A stretch of DNA of 63,272 bases, the filler included, from Welwitschia mirabilis (Eukaryota), in assembly GCA_051453625.1 (NCBI GenBank). It is 5 parts of one record of this genome, joined end to end, with 100 filler letters (N's around TTAATTAATTAA, not from the genome) between each part and the next. Parts side by side here need not be neighbours in the genome. Positions count along the whole stretch, not along the records: positions 39,373 to 47,871 come from JBOZIK010000001.1; positions 47,972 to 59,653 come from JBOZIK010000001.1; 3 more parts are not named here. One strand, 5' to 3'. The notes under the pieces were generated by a model. The model saw nothing but the letters and a program-made list of their open reading frames with translations. It was not told the DNA's origin and made no database searches. Both the position numbers and the translations under genes were made by a program. Below are positions 39,273 through 51,400 of the stretch, piece by piece. Each line of letters begins with the position of its first letter. The first letter of the stretch is position 1.

Positions 39273-42200
39273 NNNNNNNNNNNNNNNNNNNNNNNNNNNN
39301 NNNNNNNNNNNNNNNNTTAATTAATTAANNNNNNNNNNNNNNNNNNNNNNNNNNNNNNNNNNNNNNNNNNNNATTTTTATAGTGGATCAAATTCTCATAT
39401 AAAACAACTTGTATATTTTTCTTATAGAGGAAACCTCATAAACCTTACATTAGAAGATGGCTAAACAAAATTAGAAGAACTTATAGAGTTTAGTAAAACC
39501 TGATCAATACCTAATGAAAATCAAACGATAGGCCAATTCATCAAGGACTTAAAATAAGTAAAGAAAAAAAAAAGAGGTAGAAGACAACCCCATAAATTCT
39601 ATGAGATATTTTACAATAATCCTAGAGAAGTATGAGAAAATGGTCTTAGATGCTAAAACCATAATCGAAAGAATTGTTGTGCTAACTTGTTATTTATGTA
39701 AGGATAACTATCATGTTACCAAAAATTATCCTATTTTACTAACTTATAAAGAGAAAATTCATGAATAAGTTTATTCTTTTAATCAATCATCTTAAAACTT
39801 CTGAAACCAAAATCAGGCACAATGTAGGTTGAACACATATTTCCAAAACGATCCTTAATCTTTTAGAAACCGACTCGAAAATACATATTACCAATCAAGT
39901 TCATCCAACTTCCAACATTTAAATGAGCAACTTATAAATTTTTAGATGAAATAAAAAGAATATAAAAGACAAAAAATGATAAAATAGATAACTTAATAAA
40001 TTTTCTTCAACAAATAATGTTGGTCAACTAAAGAGTTTAGGAAGCTTTACCTACAAAAACTTTACCTAATCTAAATAACCTAAGAAGAGATTACAAGATT
40101 GTGACAAGAAGTGAACAAGAAACAAACCCTTCTCTATGTGAACCTTCCACTCCCAAACCAATGAAGAAGAAGAGGAAGAGGACATTGAGATTTTCGATAA
40201 TTATAACTTTCCTTCTCTTGGTAAAAAGAAAAAAAAAAGTTCTTTTACCTTTGGCTTGATGGGCTTAACAATAATTCAACTTTTAATGATCATTTAAAAT
40301 CCTTGATAAAAAATGTAAGTATAAACTTACCATTTTGAAAAGTTTTACAAGAAAATCTAAGGTACTCAAAACTATAAAAAGATTTAATCAGAAGAAAAAA
40401 AAAATAAGTCATCTCTAGTAAGGTCTTTCTTGTCCAATCCCTCATGAATTTAGTGTTATAAAAATCACCTAAATTTAAAGATTCAAGAGTAGCTATAGTA
40501 AATGTTACTATAGAGAGAAATAAAAAGCTTAGAAAATCCTTGATTGACATTAGAGTGAGTGTTAATATTATGCCACTTTACATTTCTAAGATACTTGGTT
40601 TGGAGGATAGAATAAAGCCTATCTTAGTTGATTTAGAATTAGCAAATACATCAGTTAAGAAATTATGAGGTGTTATTAAAAATTTGGCAATACAAATTAA
40701 AGAGGCCTGCTACCCTATTGATGTGATTATCATAGAAGTTGAGCATAATATAGGATATCCTTTACTTCTAAGTAGAGCCTTTTTGTGCAACAACCCACTA
40801 CATCATTGATACAAGAACAAAACCATAAAATATCATTTTGGAAATATAAATTTCACAATTAGCGTCTTTGATGTAGCTGAGAAAGATTTGGGTGATGATG
40901 AAATAAACATTGAGAGCAACATTAAACCAATCTTATTCCTACAACATCACCCACTTGAAAAAAGAGAGATGAAATCAAATGAGCATACCCTTTGTGATGA
41001 TCAACTTTAGAATAAAGAAGAAATAAAATTGTTTGAATGTAAGGAAGTCTAATTTTTCAAGAAAAATCATGAGGGATATTGTTCATTTCATAAGCTAAAA
41101 ATTGAAAATTATAAATTGAAAAAGAAAAATGTTTTCAATAAAATTGAAGGTATAACTCTTGCATTTCATAAAAATCTTTCATCCAAGTTACCATTTCTCT
41201 CCCCTTTGACTTCCAAAATTTGTGCTTTAATGTGGTATCATAAAGTGCTTTCCATTACTCCTCTCTTCACCTAATTGATTTTACATTAAAATAATTGCAC
41301 ATTTATTATGTTTTATTAATTAGTAAATTTCTGGTTTGGATCTTACTTCTCTGAAAAACTTGAAACCATAACAAATCCTTAATTTTCCTTTCTTTCTTTT
41401 CAATAAAAGTGTGCTTTTAGATTTAGGATTTTGACTAAAATTTTCTTTTTTGCTTTTCTTTCATGTTTCTATTTTGACAATCTCATATTTCATTTTTTAT
41501 TTTTAGTTTTTATTCTATTCATAGTTTCTATTTTTATAGTTTTGTAATAATAAACTATCATCTCTCCTATCATCCTNNNNNNNNNNNNNNNNNNNNNNNN
41601 NNNNNNNNNNNNNNNNNNNNNNNNNNNNNNNNNNNNNNNNNNNNNNNNNNNNNNNNNNNNNNNNNNNNNNNNNNNNNNNNNNNNNNNNNNNNNNNNNNNN
41701 NNNNNNNNNNNNNNNNNNNNNNNNNNNNNNNNNNNNNNNNNNNNNNNNNNNNNNNNNNNNNNNNNNNNNNNNNNNNNNNNNNNNNNNNNNNNNNNNNNNN
41801 NNNNNNNNNNNNNNNNNNNNNNNNNNNNNNNNNNNNNNNNNNNNNNNNNNNNNNNNNNNNCTTTTTCCTTTAAAATATTATTATGGCATTACTTGATCAT
41901 TTTTCAAACTTGGCTTATGTATTTATTTCCATGACTAATCTTTTGACTTCAGCATTTCAGTGCTAAGATTAGATTCATCCAATTTTAGGACATTCACAAG
42001 TTCATGAACTTCAATTGAAGAAAGATTCTTTATTTTTTTAATGTTTTTCTTAATAGTGAAAAGATCTGTTAGGATTCTGTTTTTGCTAATTGATGTCAAA
42101 CTAATATGATTTTTGTAAAATTAAAAGTGATTTTATAAGTTTAAGAAACAGCTGGATCAATATCCAAAAGATAAAAAGATTAGAACATGTTCTAGGTAAG

Positions 42201-43114
42201 GCTACTTCAGGTGGGGTCGACCTAACATTTTTGTAAGGGTGATTGGACATTGTTAGGTCTACCCAACATTTCTATAAGGATGATCAAACATTATTAAGTC
42301 TATCCAACATTTTTGTAAGGGTGACCTAATAAGAAGACTATCAAAATCTAAGCTAAATAAGGGCGACATAATATTTCTATAAAGGTGACCGGATCTTAGG
42401 TCAATTGGATATTTCAAGGGATTGACCGGTCAGTGTGGAAGTGGAAATTTTAAAGTGATTTTCTAACCGTTATAGCACTAAATATATCCATTACAAATAT
42501 CAGATTCATGCCCATCTAGTCAAATGATTATATTTTAGGGAAATCTATAAATAAGAGACAACACTTAAAAAACCTCAGAGCTAGAGATTTAAATCCATTT
42601 TTGAAAAGGAGAATTGCACTCTTTATTTGAAAGGATTATCTTTGTATTATCATTCTTCTCTCACTTAGTACTTACCTTTGTATCAAATCTAAGCAATAAG
42701 GCTCCATTATTAGTTATTTCACTTGAGTGATCTAGAGCATAAAGGCTTCATTCTATCACTCACCATTGTGAATTTTCTGAAGGTTGAGACTTAGCTTGCA
42801 AAAGTCCATTTGAAGAGGTTGAGACTTATCTTGGAAAAGTCCACTTTGTAAGGTTAAAGGTTAGCTTTGAAAACCTTGTGCATAGTGATGCAATAGAGAT
42901 CCGAAATAGTTTTGGTCATTGACTATCTTCCGAGAGTGAAGTAGGATGTATCTCGAACCACTATAAATCTTGTTTTGTGCATTTATTTTGCTTATGATTT
43001 TTTATTTCATTTTGTTATATCTTTTTTATGCATAATTTCTTTTGAAAGTAATAATTATTTAAATTTTTTTTAGAAGTCCTATTGAACCCCCTCTAGAATT
43101 TATGATCCTACAAT

Positions 43115-43126
43115 TGGTATCAGAGC
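43115..43126 (+). promoter_or_regulatory. PBS, tRNA-iMet (TGGTATCAGAGC)
   Basis: Exact match 2 bp after the LTR CA. Confidence 0.95.
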
Positions 43127-43181
43127 ACCAAGTTGAGTCAACAATAAGATTTTAACAATCTTTGACTCAATAACCCTAACC

Positions 43182-44950
43182 ATGAGTTTTATTGCAGAAG
43201 GTTTCTCTCTTTTTAGGCTTCAACTATTTGATAGAACAAACTATGAATATTGGAAGGCTAGAATGAGAATATTCTTAAGATCTCTTAATATAGATTATGA
43301 GGATATTTCGGTCATAGGTTATAGCCATCCTACCACAACTCAAAAGGATGTCAATGGTAATTCTATAGTAGTGTTAAAAAAAAATAGATGGACTAAATCA
43401 GATAAAGCTAATGCCAATATTAATGCTCATGGTTTGAATGCAATTTTTTGTGCTATGAATGCAGATGAGCTCAAGAGAATAGTGAACTGCCAGGCTATCA
43501 AAGAAGCATGGGATATTCTTGCTATTACTCATAAAGGAACATCCACTGTCAAGTAAGTAAAGATGCAGATGCTATTTACAAAATTTAAAAAGATTAAGAT
43601 GGATGATAAAGATACTCTTCAAGAATTATTTGCCAACCTAATGGACATTACAAACTTAATGGCAAGCNNNNNNNNNNNNNNNNNNNNNNNNNNNNNNNNN
43701 NNNNNNNNNNNNNNNNNNNNNNNNNNNNNNNNNNNNNNNNNNNNNNNNNNNNNNNNNNNNNNNNNNNNNNNNNNNNNNNNNNNNNNNNNNNNNNNNNNNN
43801 NNNNNNNNNNNNNNNNNNNNNNNNNNNNNNNNNNNNNNNNNNNNNNNNNNNNNNNNNNNNNNNNNNNNNNNNNNNNNNNNNNNNNNNNNNNNNNNNNNNN
43901 NNNNNNNNNNNNNNNNNNNNNNNNNNNNNNNNNNNNNNNNNNNNNNNNNNNNNNNNNNNNNNNNNNNNNNNNNNNNNNNNNNNNNNNNNNNNNNNNNNNN
44001 NNNNNNNNNNNNNNNNNNNNNNNNNNNNNNNNNNNNNNNNNNNNNNNNNNNNNNNNNNNNNNNNNNNNNNNNNNNNNNNNNNNNNNNNNNNNNNNNNNNN
44101 NNNNNNNNNNNNNNNNNNNNNNNNNNNNNNNNNNNNNNNNNNNNNNNNNNNNNNNNNNNNNNNNNNNNNNNNNNNNNNNNNNNNNNNNNNNNNNNNNNNN
44201 NNNNNNNNNNNNNNNNNNNNNNNNNNNNNNNNNNNNNNNNNNNNNNNNNNNNNNNNNNNNNNNNNNNNNNNNNNNNNNNNNNNNNNNNNNNNNNNNNNNN
44301 NNNNNNNNNNNNNNNNNNNNNNNNNNNNNNNNNNNNNNNTAAAACTCCTTGAGTATGATGATTTTGACATGACTGAAGATGATGAAGAAGAGAATGTTGA
44401 AGACACATGTTTTGAACTATATCAAGAATGTGAAAGGCTTGCTGTAAAAGTAAATGAACTAAATATTATCATTAAGGATTTAAAAACGGAGAATGAAGCC
44501 ATAAATCAAAGATACAAAGAGATTCAAAAGGAAAACTCAAGTCTCATGGAGAAGTTAAGCCAATCTTCAAAAGTCTTAAGTAGATTTACAGAAGGATCAA
44601 AAAAACTTGAGAAGATGCTTGGATTAGGACAACTTACACATGATAAAAGGGGTATTAAATTTGAAGGAAACGATACATCTACTTCATCAAGTGAGGTAAG
44701 TATTACAAGTATAACATCTCTTACTGAAAATATCACTTATCATTATTGTTGAAAATTTGGTCATTCAAAATTTAATTGTTCATACAGAAAAAGTATGTAT
44801 TTTGCAAATTTTAATGCATTATCATTTAAATTTGTTCCCAAAAAATCTTTACCCAAAAGTTAAGAAAGACCATATGGGTAAAAGCTAAAGATTAAGAATA
44901 TTTTTAATCCAAGAAAATTTTAACTTTAGTAGTAGGTCATTATTTTGATT
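43182..44950 (+). pseudogene. Copia gag (interrupted by stops and a gap)
   Basis: FDRTNYEYWKARMRIFL, EAWDILAITHKGT, coiled-coil region and GLGQ..DKRGIKF typical of Sirevirus-type long gag. Confidence 0.9.
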
Positions 44951-45317
44951 AATTGTTGATTCCTATAATTTCTTTTAAATATTTAATTGTTATAATATGA
45001 TGTGCTTCTTGGAATTATCATTGTGATAGTTACCTTATTATTAGACTTTCATATTAATGATTACTTTTTGTGAAACTTTACCTATAAGTTTTGAATATTT
45101 TGATGTATTGTAATTAAATCTTATTATTATGAACATAGCATCAAGTTGGTTTTCTTTTAAACATTATAAATTAAATTTTATCATCTTGTTTACACACCTA
45201 ACTTTGAAAACTCTATCATGATTATTATTTTTATACATAGCATAAAGTTAGGGAAAGAAGATGTAGTGCTTTCAAAGTATTTTTGTTAAAGTATTTGATC
45301 AAAAGGGAATAGAAAAC

Positions 45318-45719
45318 AAGGGAGAGAAAATGCTTATTTTAGAAATGTCTTACCCTTTTACTTAAATGTTTATATGGCTTGTTAAAAGGGGGAGTTTTAA
45401 TTATAATGTATCTCAAATTTGTATAGTAAAAGAGCTTAAATGTGTATCAAATATTTGACTTATCATTGTTTACCTTTTGGTATCAAGATAAGGGGAGAAA
45501 ATATGCTTGATTCTTCTAGCCATATATCTAAATTTTTATTTATTTACCATTGATGTCAAGGGGGAGAGAATATGATGAACTAATATTGGTTATATGGATT
45601 TGTCAAAGGGGAAGATTTTATTATGTTAATATGCCTTGTTAGAAAGAGTTTAAAAAATGAAATATTTATTTGATCTTGAAATCAATTATTTATTTGCCAT
45701 CAATGTCAAAGGAGGAGAT
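45318..45719 (+). promoter_or_regulatory. Cluster of about six polypurine tracts upstream of the 3' LTR
   Basis: AAGGGAGAG, AAAAGGGGGAG, AAGGGGAG, CAAGGGGGAG, CAAAGGGGAAG, CAAAGGAGGAGAT. Multiple PPTs are a Sirevirus hallmark. Confidence 0.85.
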
Positions 45720-47971
45720 TGTTAGGATTCTATTTTTACCAATTGATGTCAAACTAATATGATTTTTATAAAATTAAAAGTGATTTTATAGGTGCAAGAA
45801 ATAGCTGGATCAATATCCAAAAAATAGAAAGATTTGAACATGTTCTAAGTAAGGCTACTTCAGGTGGGGCTGACCTAACATTTTTATAAGGTTGACCAGA
45901 CATTGTTAGGTCTACCCAACATTTCTGTAAGGGTGATCAAACATTGTTAAGTCTACCCAACATTTTTGTAAGGATGACCTAATGAGAAGACTATCAAAAT
46001 TTAAGCCAAAAAGGGCGATAAACATTTCTGTAAGGGCGACCAGTTCTTGGGTCAACTGGATATTTCGAGGGATTGACTAGTTAGCATGGAAGTAGAAATT
46101 TTAAAGCGATTTTCTAACCATTACAACATCAAATATATCCATTACAGATGTTAGATTCATGCCCATCTAGTCAAATAGTTATATTTTAGGGAAATCTATA
46201 AATAAAAGACAACACTCAAAAAACCCCAGAGCTAGAGATTTGAATCCATTTTTGAAAAGAAATATTGCACTCTTGATCTAAAAGACTTATCTTTATACTA
46301 TTATTCTTTTCTTACTCGGCACTTACTTTTGTATCAAATTTAAGTAATAAGGCTCCATTATCAATTCTTTTACTTAAGTGATCTATAGCATAGAGGCTTC
46401 ATTCTCTTACTCATCATTATGCATTTTCTAAAGGTTGAGACTTAGCCTAAAAAAGTCTGTATGAAGAGGTTGAGACTTATCCTAGAAAAGTTTGCTTTAT
46501 AAGGTTAAAGGTTAGCCTTAAAAATCTTGTGCATAGTGATGCAACAGAGATTTGAAATAGTCTTGGTCATTAACTATCTTCCGAGAGTGAAGTAGGATGT
46601 ATCCCGAACCACTATAAATTTTGTCTTGTGCATTTATTTTGCTTATGCTTTTTCATTTCATTTTGTTATATCTTTTTATGCATAATTTCTTTTAAAAGTA
46701 ATAATTGTTTAAATTTTGTTTTCAGAAGTCCTATTCAACCCTTCTCTAGGATTCATGATCCTATAAGATCTTAGATTATTTAAGAGTGTTATTTTTTGTC
46801 TTATTCTTAGAACTTTCATCTTTGTCTTCTGGAGTATTTGGTCTCATGAAATGTTGTTTTATTATTAAAAACAAAACAAAAAAAAAGAGTGGAATAAAGA
46901 CCATGATATTTTCTATTTGTGCTATCTCAAAAACATGGTCACCATGATGTCCTACCATAGGTACACCAGAAAAATATTTTTGAGAGGAACCTTTGACAAT
47001 GTAATATGGTAGCTGTGGAAACTCCATTGGAAGGTCAGTTGATCATGCTTCATGGGTCCTTACTTCTCTTTCTGTGGTTGTACTTCCCTCATCATGGATA
47101 CTAAAATTGTATTTAAACTTTAAGGTTATGGAATCAGTTGTGTTCCTGGTATCATTAGAGGCATTGCTTGTTTCTTAGACTCTTAGTCTTTCCACATAAT
47201 TATTTTATTTTTTGAGATTTAGGTGTTTATTTTAAAATGATGGAAGGAGAGTTTATTTTTTAAGCAATTCTTTGGTCTAGTCATTTCTTGTTTAAAGCAT
47301 ATTACTCTAGCATCATCATAATCGTTGCCTTATCAAATGGAGCTTTTGTACATTAAGTTATGCATTTTTTACATTAAGTGATGTTATGATTTCTTTCATA
47401 GGAATTTGGTAGGTTAAAATGTTAGATTTTAAGCTATCTTTTGTTTATATTATCTTATATCCATCCTTCTTGTTTTCTTTTATGGTTTGGTTAGTTATTT
47501 CAAATTCAATACTATATTTTCTTAGCATGTTTTCCCTAATTAAGTTTTCAATAAAAAATGATTTGTTATTTAGATAAGTCTTTTTTTAATAAATTTATGT
47601 TATTTTTCAAATTTTTGGTGTTGTAAAGCATTGCTCATGTTCTTTTTGTGATGAGACATTTTTTTCTTTACTTGTCAGAATATTCCCTGTCTTTATATTT
47701 TTCAAATATGACATTACTCAGCTTTGCACTTTGTTTTGCAAATTGTCCTCATTCTTACTATCTTTTAATTTCCTTCTCACTCCTGTCTGTTTTCTTTACT
47801 TTATTTTCAAATACAAGATGTATTACTTTTTCTTTAGAGCAAGGGGAGGAGCGGGAAGGAGGGAGGACGGANNNNNNNNNNNNNNNNNNNNNNNNNNNNN
47901 NNNNNNNNNNNNNNNTTAATTAATTAANNNNNNNNNNNNNNNNNNNNNNNNNNNNNNNNNNNNNNNNNNNN

Positions 47972-48047
47972 TTGTATTTTGCATCTTAATTATAATTAAC
48001 AGAATTGAATTTGAACGTGAACTATTGCATAAATACACACCGCAACA
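47972..48047 (+). repeat. 3' end of Athila-like LTR (same subfamily as 1-307)
   Basis: Near identity to 233-307; ends CGCAACA. Confidence 0.8.
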
Positions 48048-48438
48048 AGATGTTATAATAGTATCATCTAGTTAGTCATCTAGATAACAAAGGAGACAAT
48101 GACATCTTATAATTAATTCACATCAGCGGCCAGTTAGACTTCAGTCAGCATTCATTTAGCATGGTCATCTATATAGTTATCTGGATAATGAGGTGGATTA
48201 TGGCCTTTAATAATTCTTTAGTTACTACATTAGCCTCAATGTTTGTAGGAAATTATCTTTAAAAATACAAAGTGTTCATATTTGTTTAGAATGCTTGTAA
48301 ATTATCATAAAGATTACATAATTTCATCCTTTTCATCTTAGCTCTTTACTAACATGAAAACCAAGCATTTACCTATCTATTTACCTAAAAAACAACTTAG
48401 AATATCCTATCAAATATGCGTAAGTTGGCAGTGCAACA
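48048..48438 (-). repeat. 5' portion of an Athila-like LTR inserted into the RH/integrase linker
   Basis: Homologous to ~53900-54281; starts TGTTGCACTGCC on the minus strand; abuts pol sequence with no PPT. Confidence 0.78.
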
Positions 48439-51400
48439 TCCTTCATAGTCATCTATTCTATGGGAACAAGATTTGTATTGATTATAAGTCAAATGTTATG
48501 GTGTTTTCATGATCATAAGATAATTAACAATATCCACATATCAAGGAGGAGGATGAGTAGAAGATATAGCAAAAAGTTACTTATTTGAAAAAGAATCATC
48601 AATAATAAAATTATTAGGAGGATAAGAAAGATGAAACAAATAATCAACAATATAATTATGCTTCCCTGCTTTATCTATGATGGTCAAATTAAATTCTTTC
48701 ATAAGGAGGATCCCTCTATTCAATCTAGAACTAGAATCTTTCTTGATCATGAGGTAATGAAGAGTAGCATGATCAGTCTAAACATTTGTATAAAAGTCTA
48801 AAAGATAATGTCTAAGTGTATCAAGGTAAAATATGATGGGTAACATTTCTTTCTCTATAGTAGTATAGTTTATTTTGAGTTCTAGATAGAGATTAACTAT
48901 GATAAGATATAAATTTAAAATTACTTCCATATTTTTGATAGAGTACCTCACCCATGGAAAAATTACTCGCATCATACATTAATTCAAAGTTATTTTCTTA
49001 ATCAGGTTTCACTACAATAGGAGCATAAGAAAGTTTACATTTAAGCCTATTAAAAGTAAGCTAACAAGATTTATTCCATTCAAATTTAGCTTCTTTCTCT
49101 AGTAATGAGTAAAGGGGTTTATAAATATTTCTATAATCATAAACAAAGCAATGATAAAAACCATAATAATCAAGAAAAGATATAACCTATTTAGTATTAG
49201 TAGGGGAATTTAAGTTTTAAATAATACTAACGTTTTAAGAGTCCATTCTAATCTCTTCTTTCAAAACATTGTGATCTAAAACAACTCTACTTTATATAAG
49301 AAACAAGCTATTTTCTCAAGTCAAATGTAAACCACTAGACATGCAATGATCAATGACTTTTTAATCATTCTAAATTTTATTCAAAAGTTTCAACATTAAT
49401 AGAGAATTCATACATAATAATTTTAATTGAATCCTCTAGCATATCAAAAAAATACCCATCATTTCATGCTAAAAAGTACCAAGAGCTTTACAAAGTCCAA
49501 GAGGCATGCGTTGAAAAACAAAAGTACTAGCAATTCGAACCTAGTTGTAATCACTATATTCATTAAAAAAATAATAAAATATATGTACCTGAATCCTATC
49601 AAGTACTAATTAAGAAAATGAAAAGGACATTCTCAATTTTCTATCTTTCTTAGGTACTACTGTTAAAGGCCTATTTCACTCATTATTAACTATAGCATAA
49701 ATGATTCTAGAATTCATTAATTTTATGATTTCATCTTTAATAACTTTCTTAAGTGCTACATTAAATCTACATTGGGTTGTCTAATACGTTTTATATTATC
49801 TTTAAGATAGATTCTATGTTAGAAAATTGAGGTATAAATGGCTGTCAAATCATTATGGGACCAAGTGGATGCATTTATCTTAGATTACAAAAGAGATATT
49901 AAAATTGATTCTTATTAAGGAGTAAGATGTTTGTTAATAATTAATAGTTTATTTAGATCATTATTCAAAAAAATGTATTTCAATTCACTGGATAAGGGTT
50001 TCAGATTCAGATTTAAATTTAGATTTTTATTTTCTATCAATTTTCTATGAAAATTTATTATCATCTCAGACTATCGTCTAGATGTCAAAAGTGGATTACC
50101 ATCCACAAAATATGAAATCTTAGTTCTGCTTAGATCTTAGACTTTTACACAATTAATAAACTCAGTCTTTACACTCTTCAAATTAAAATAATCAATTTCT
50201 AGATGGTAAAAATCAATTTGATCTTAATTTAAAACATACAAGTTATTTACTTTTAGTTAATTGTTAAACAAAGTTCATGACTCATTAATCATCTCTTCTT
50301 AAGTGGACGGTGCTGTAACAAAAAAAAGGACTTTATTTCTTCTTCCACACTTAAATCATTTTCTAAATTTTTTTTAGTCGCATTAAATACTCTTATTAAA
50401 AACTTTTTATTTTCTAAATGACACCCTATCAAATCAGTTCTTATATATATATTATAGTGGGCTATTGCACAAAAATTTCTATCTAAAAATAAAGGATAAC
50501 CACCATTGTATTTAACTTCTATTATAACAACATTAATGGGGTAGGAAGCTTCTTCAATCTACATGAACAAATCCTTAATTATACCTAATTGTTTCTTAAT
50601 AGATGTATCAACTAATTTTAAAACAATTCTTATAGGCTCTATTTTATCTTTCAACCCAAGTCTTTGATAAATGTGTAATGGCATAATGTTGACACTAGCT
50701 CCAATATCAATCAAGCCTTTCTTATTCCTTATATTTCTCTCTAAAGTAACACTAATAGTTGTTGCTTCTAGATATTTAAACTTTGAAAGTTTTTATAAAA
50801 CTAAGTTATTAATGGATTGAGCTAGGAAGAATTTACTAGTAATGATTCATTTGTATTTCCTCCTAATTAGGTCTTTTCACAACTTAGAATACTTATGATT
50901 ATCTTATAAAAGTTTCTAAAATAGTAAATTAATGCTCATATTTTACATTAAGGATTTTAAATAATCATTAAAAACATGGCTTATGTTCAATCTATCTAGC
51001 CAAGGAGTAGCAGGTTTCTTATGTGAATAATTTTTTTTTTTTGTTACTTAATGGAGAAGGAAAAAATGATTTTCCAAAATTTCTATGTCCTCTTCTTCAT
51101 CATTTTAATCACTTTATGATATGAAAGCCTCATGGATGGGAGATCTATTTCATTTCCACTTCTTATCACTACATTATTATCTTTCTTAACTTCATTTGGG
51201 TTCAATAAAGATTGAGTGGTAAGTGACCCTTATGGTTTTTGATTAGCAAGCATGGTTTGTTGTAAAATATTCATAATATTTCAATGTTGGAATTTTTTCT
51301 TTCTTATGTTTTTATTAACTCATCAATGAAATTCCTAAGAGGGTCACTTTAGTTTTATGAGTTAAATAAGCTTGTTTGAATGTTTGAATTGTTTAATTAG

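Larger units (their letters stand above)
42067..46765 (+). mobile_element. Complete SIRE-like gag-only element (family B, ~4.7 kb)
   Basis: LTRs 42067-43112 and 45720-46765 (both 1046 bp), TSD AGATC (42062-42066, 46766-46770), perfect PBS, multiple PPTs. Confidence 0.93.
39373..47871 (+). mobile_element. Athila-like gag-protease-only element (coding remnant 39373-~41270) with 3' UTR, interrupted by 42067-46765
   Basis: SPKFKDS, LIDIRVSVNIM, YPLLLSRAF. The 3' UTR rejoins across the TSD and is colinear with 57370-58000. Confidence 0.82.
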
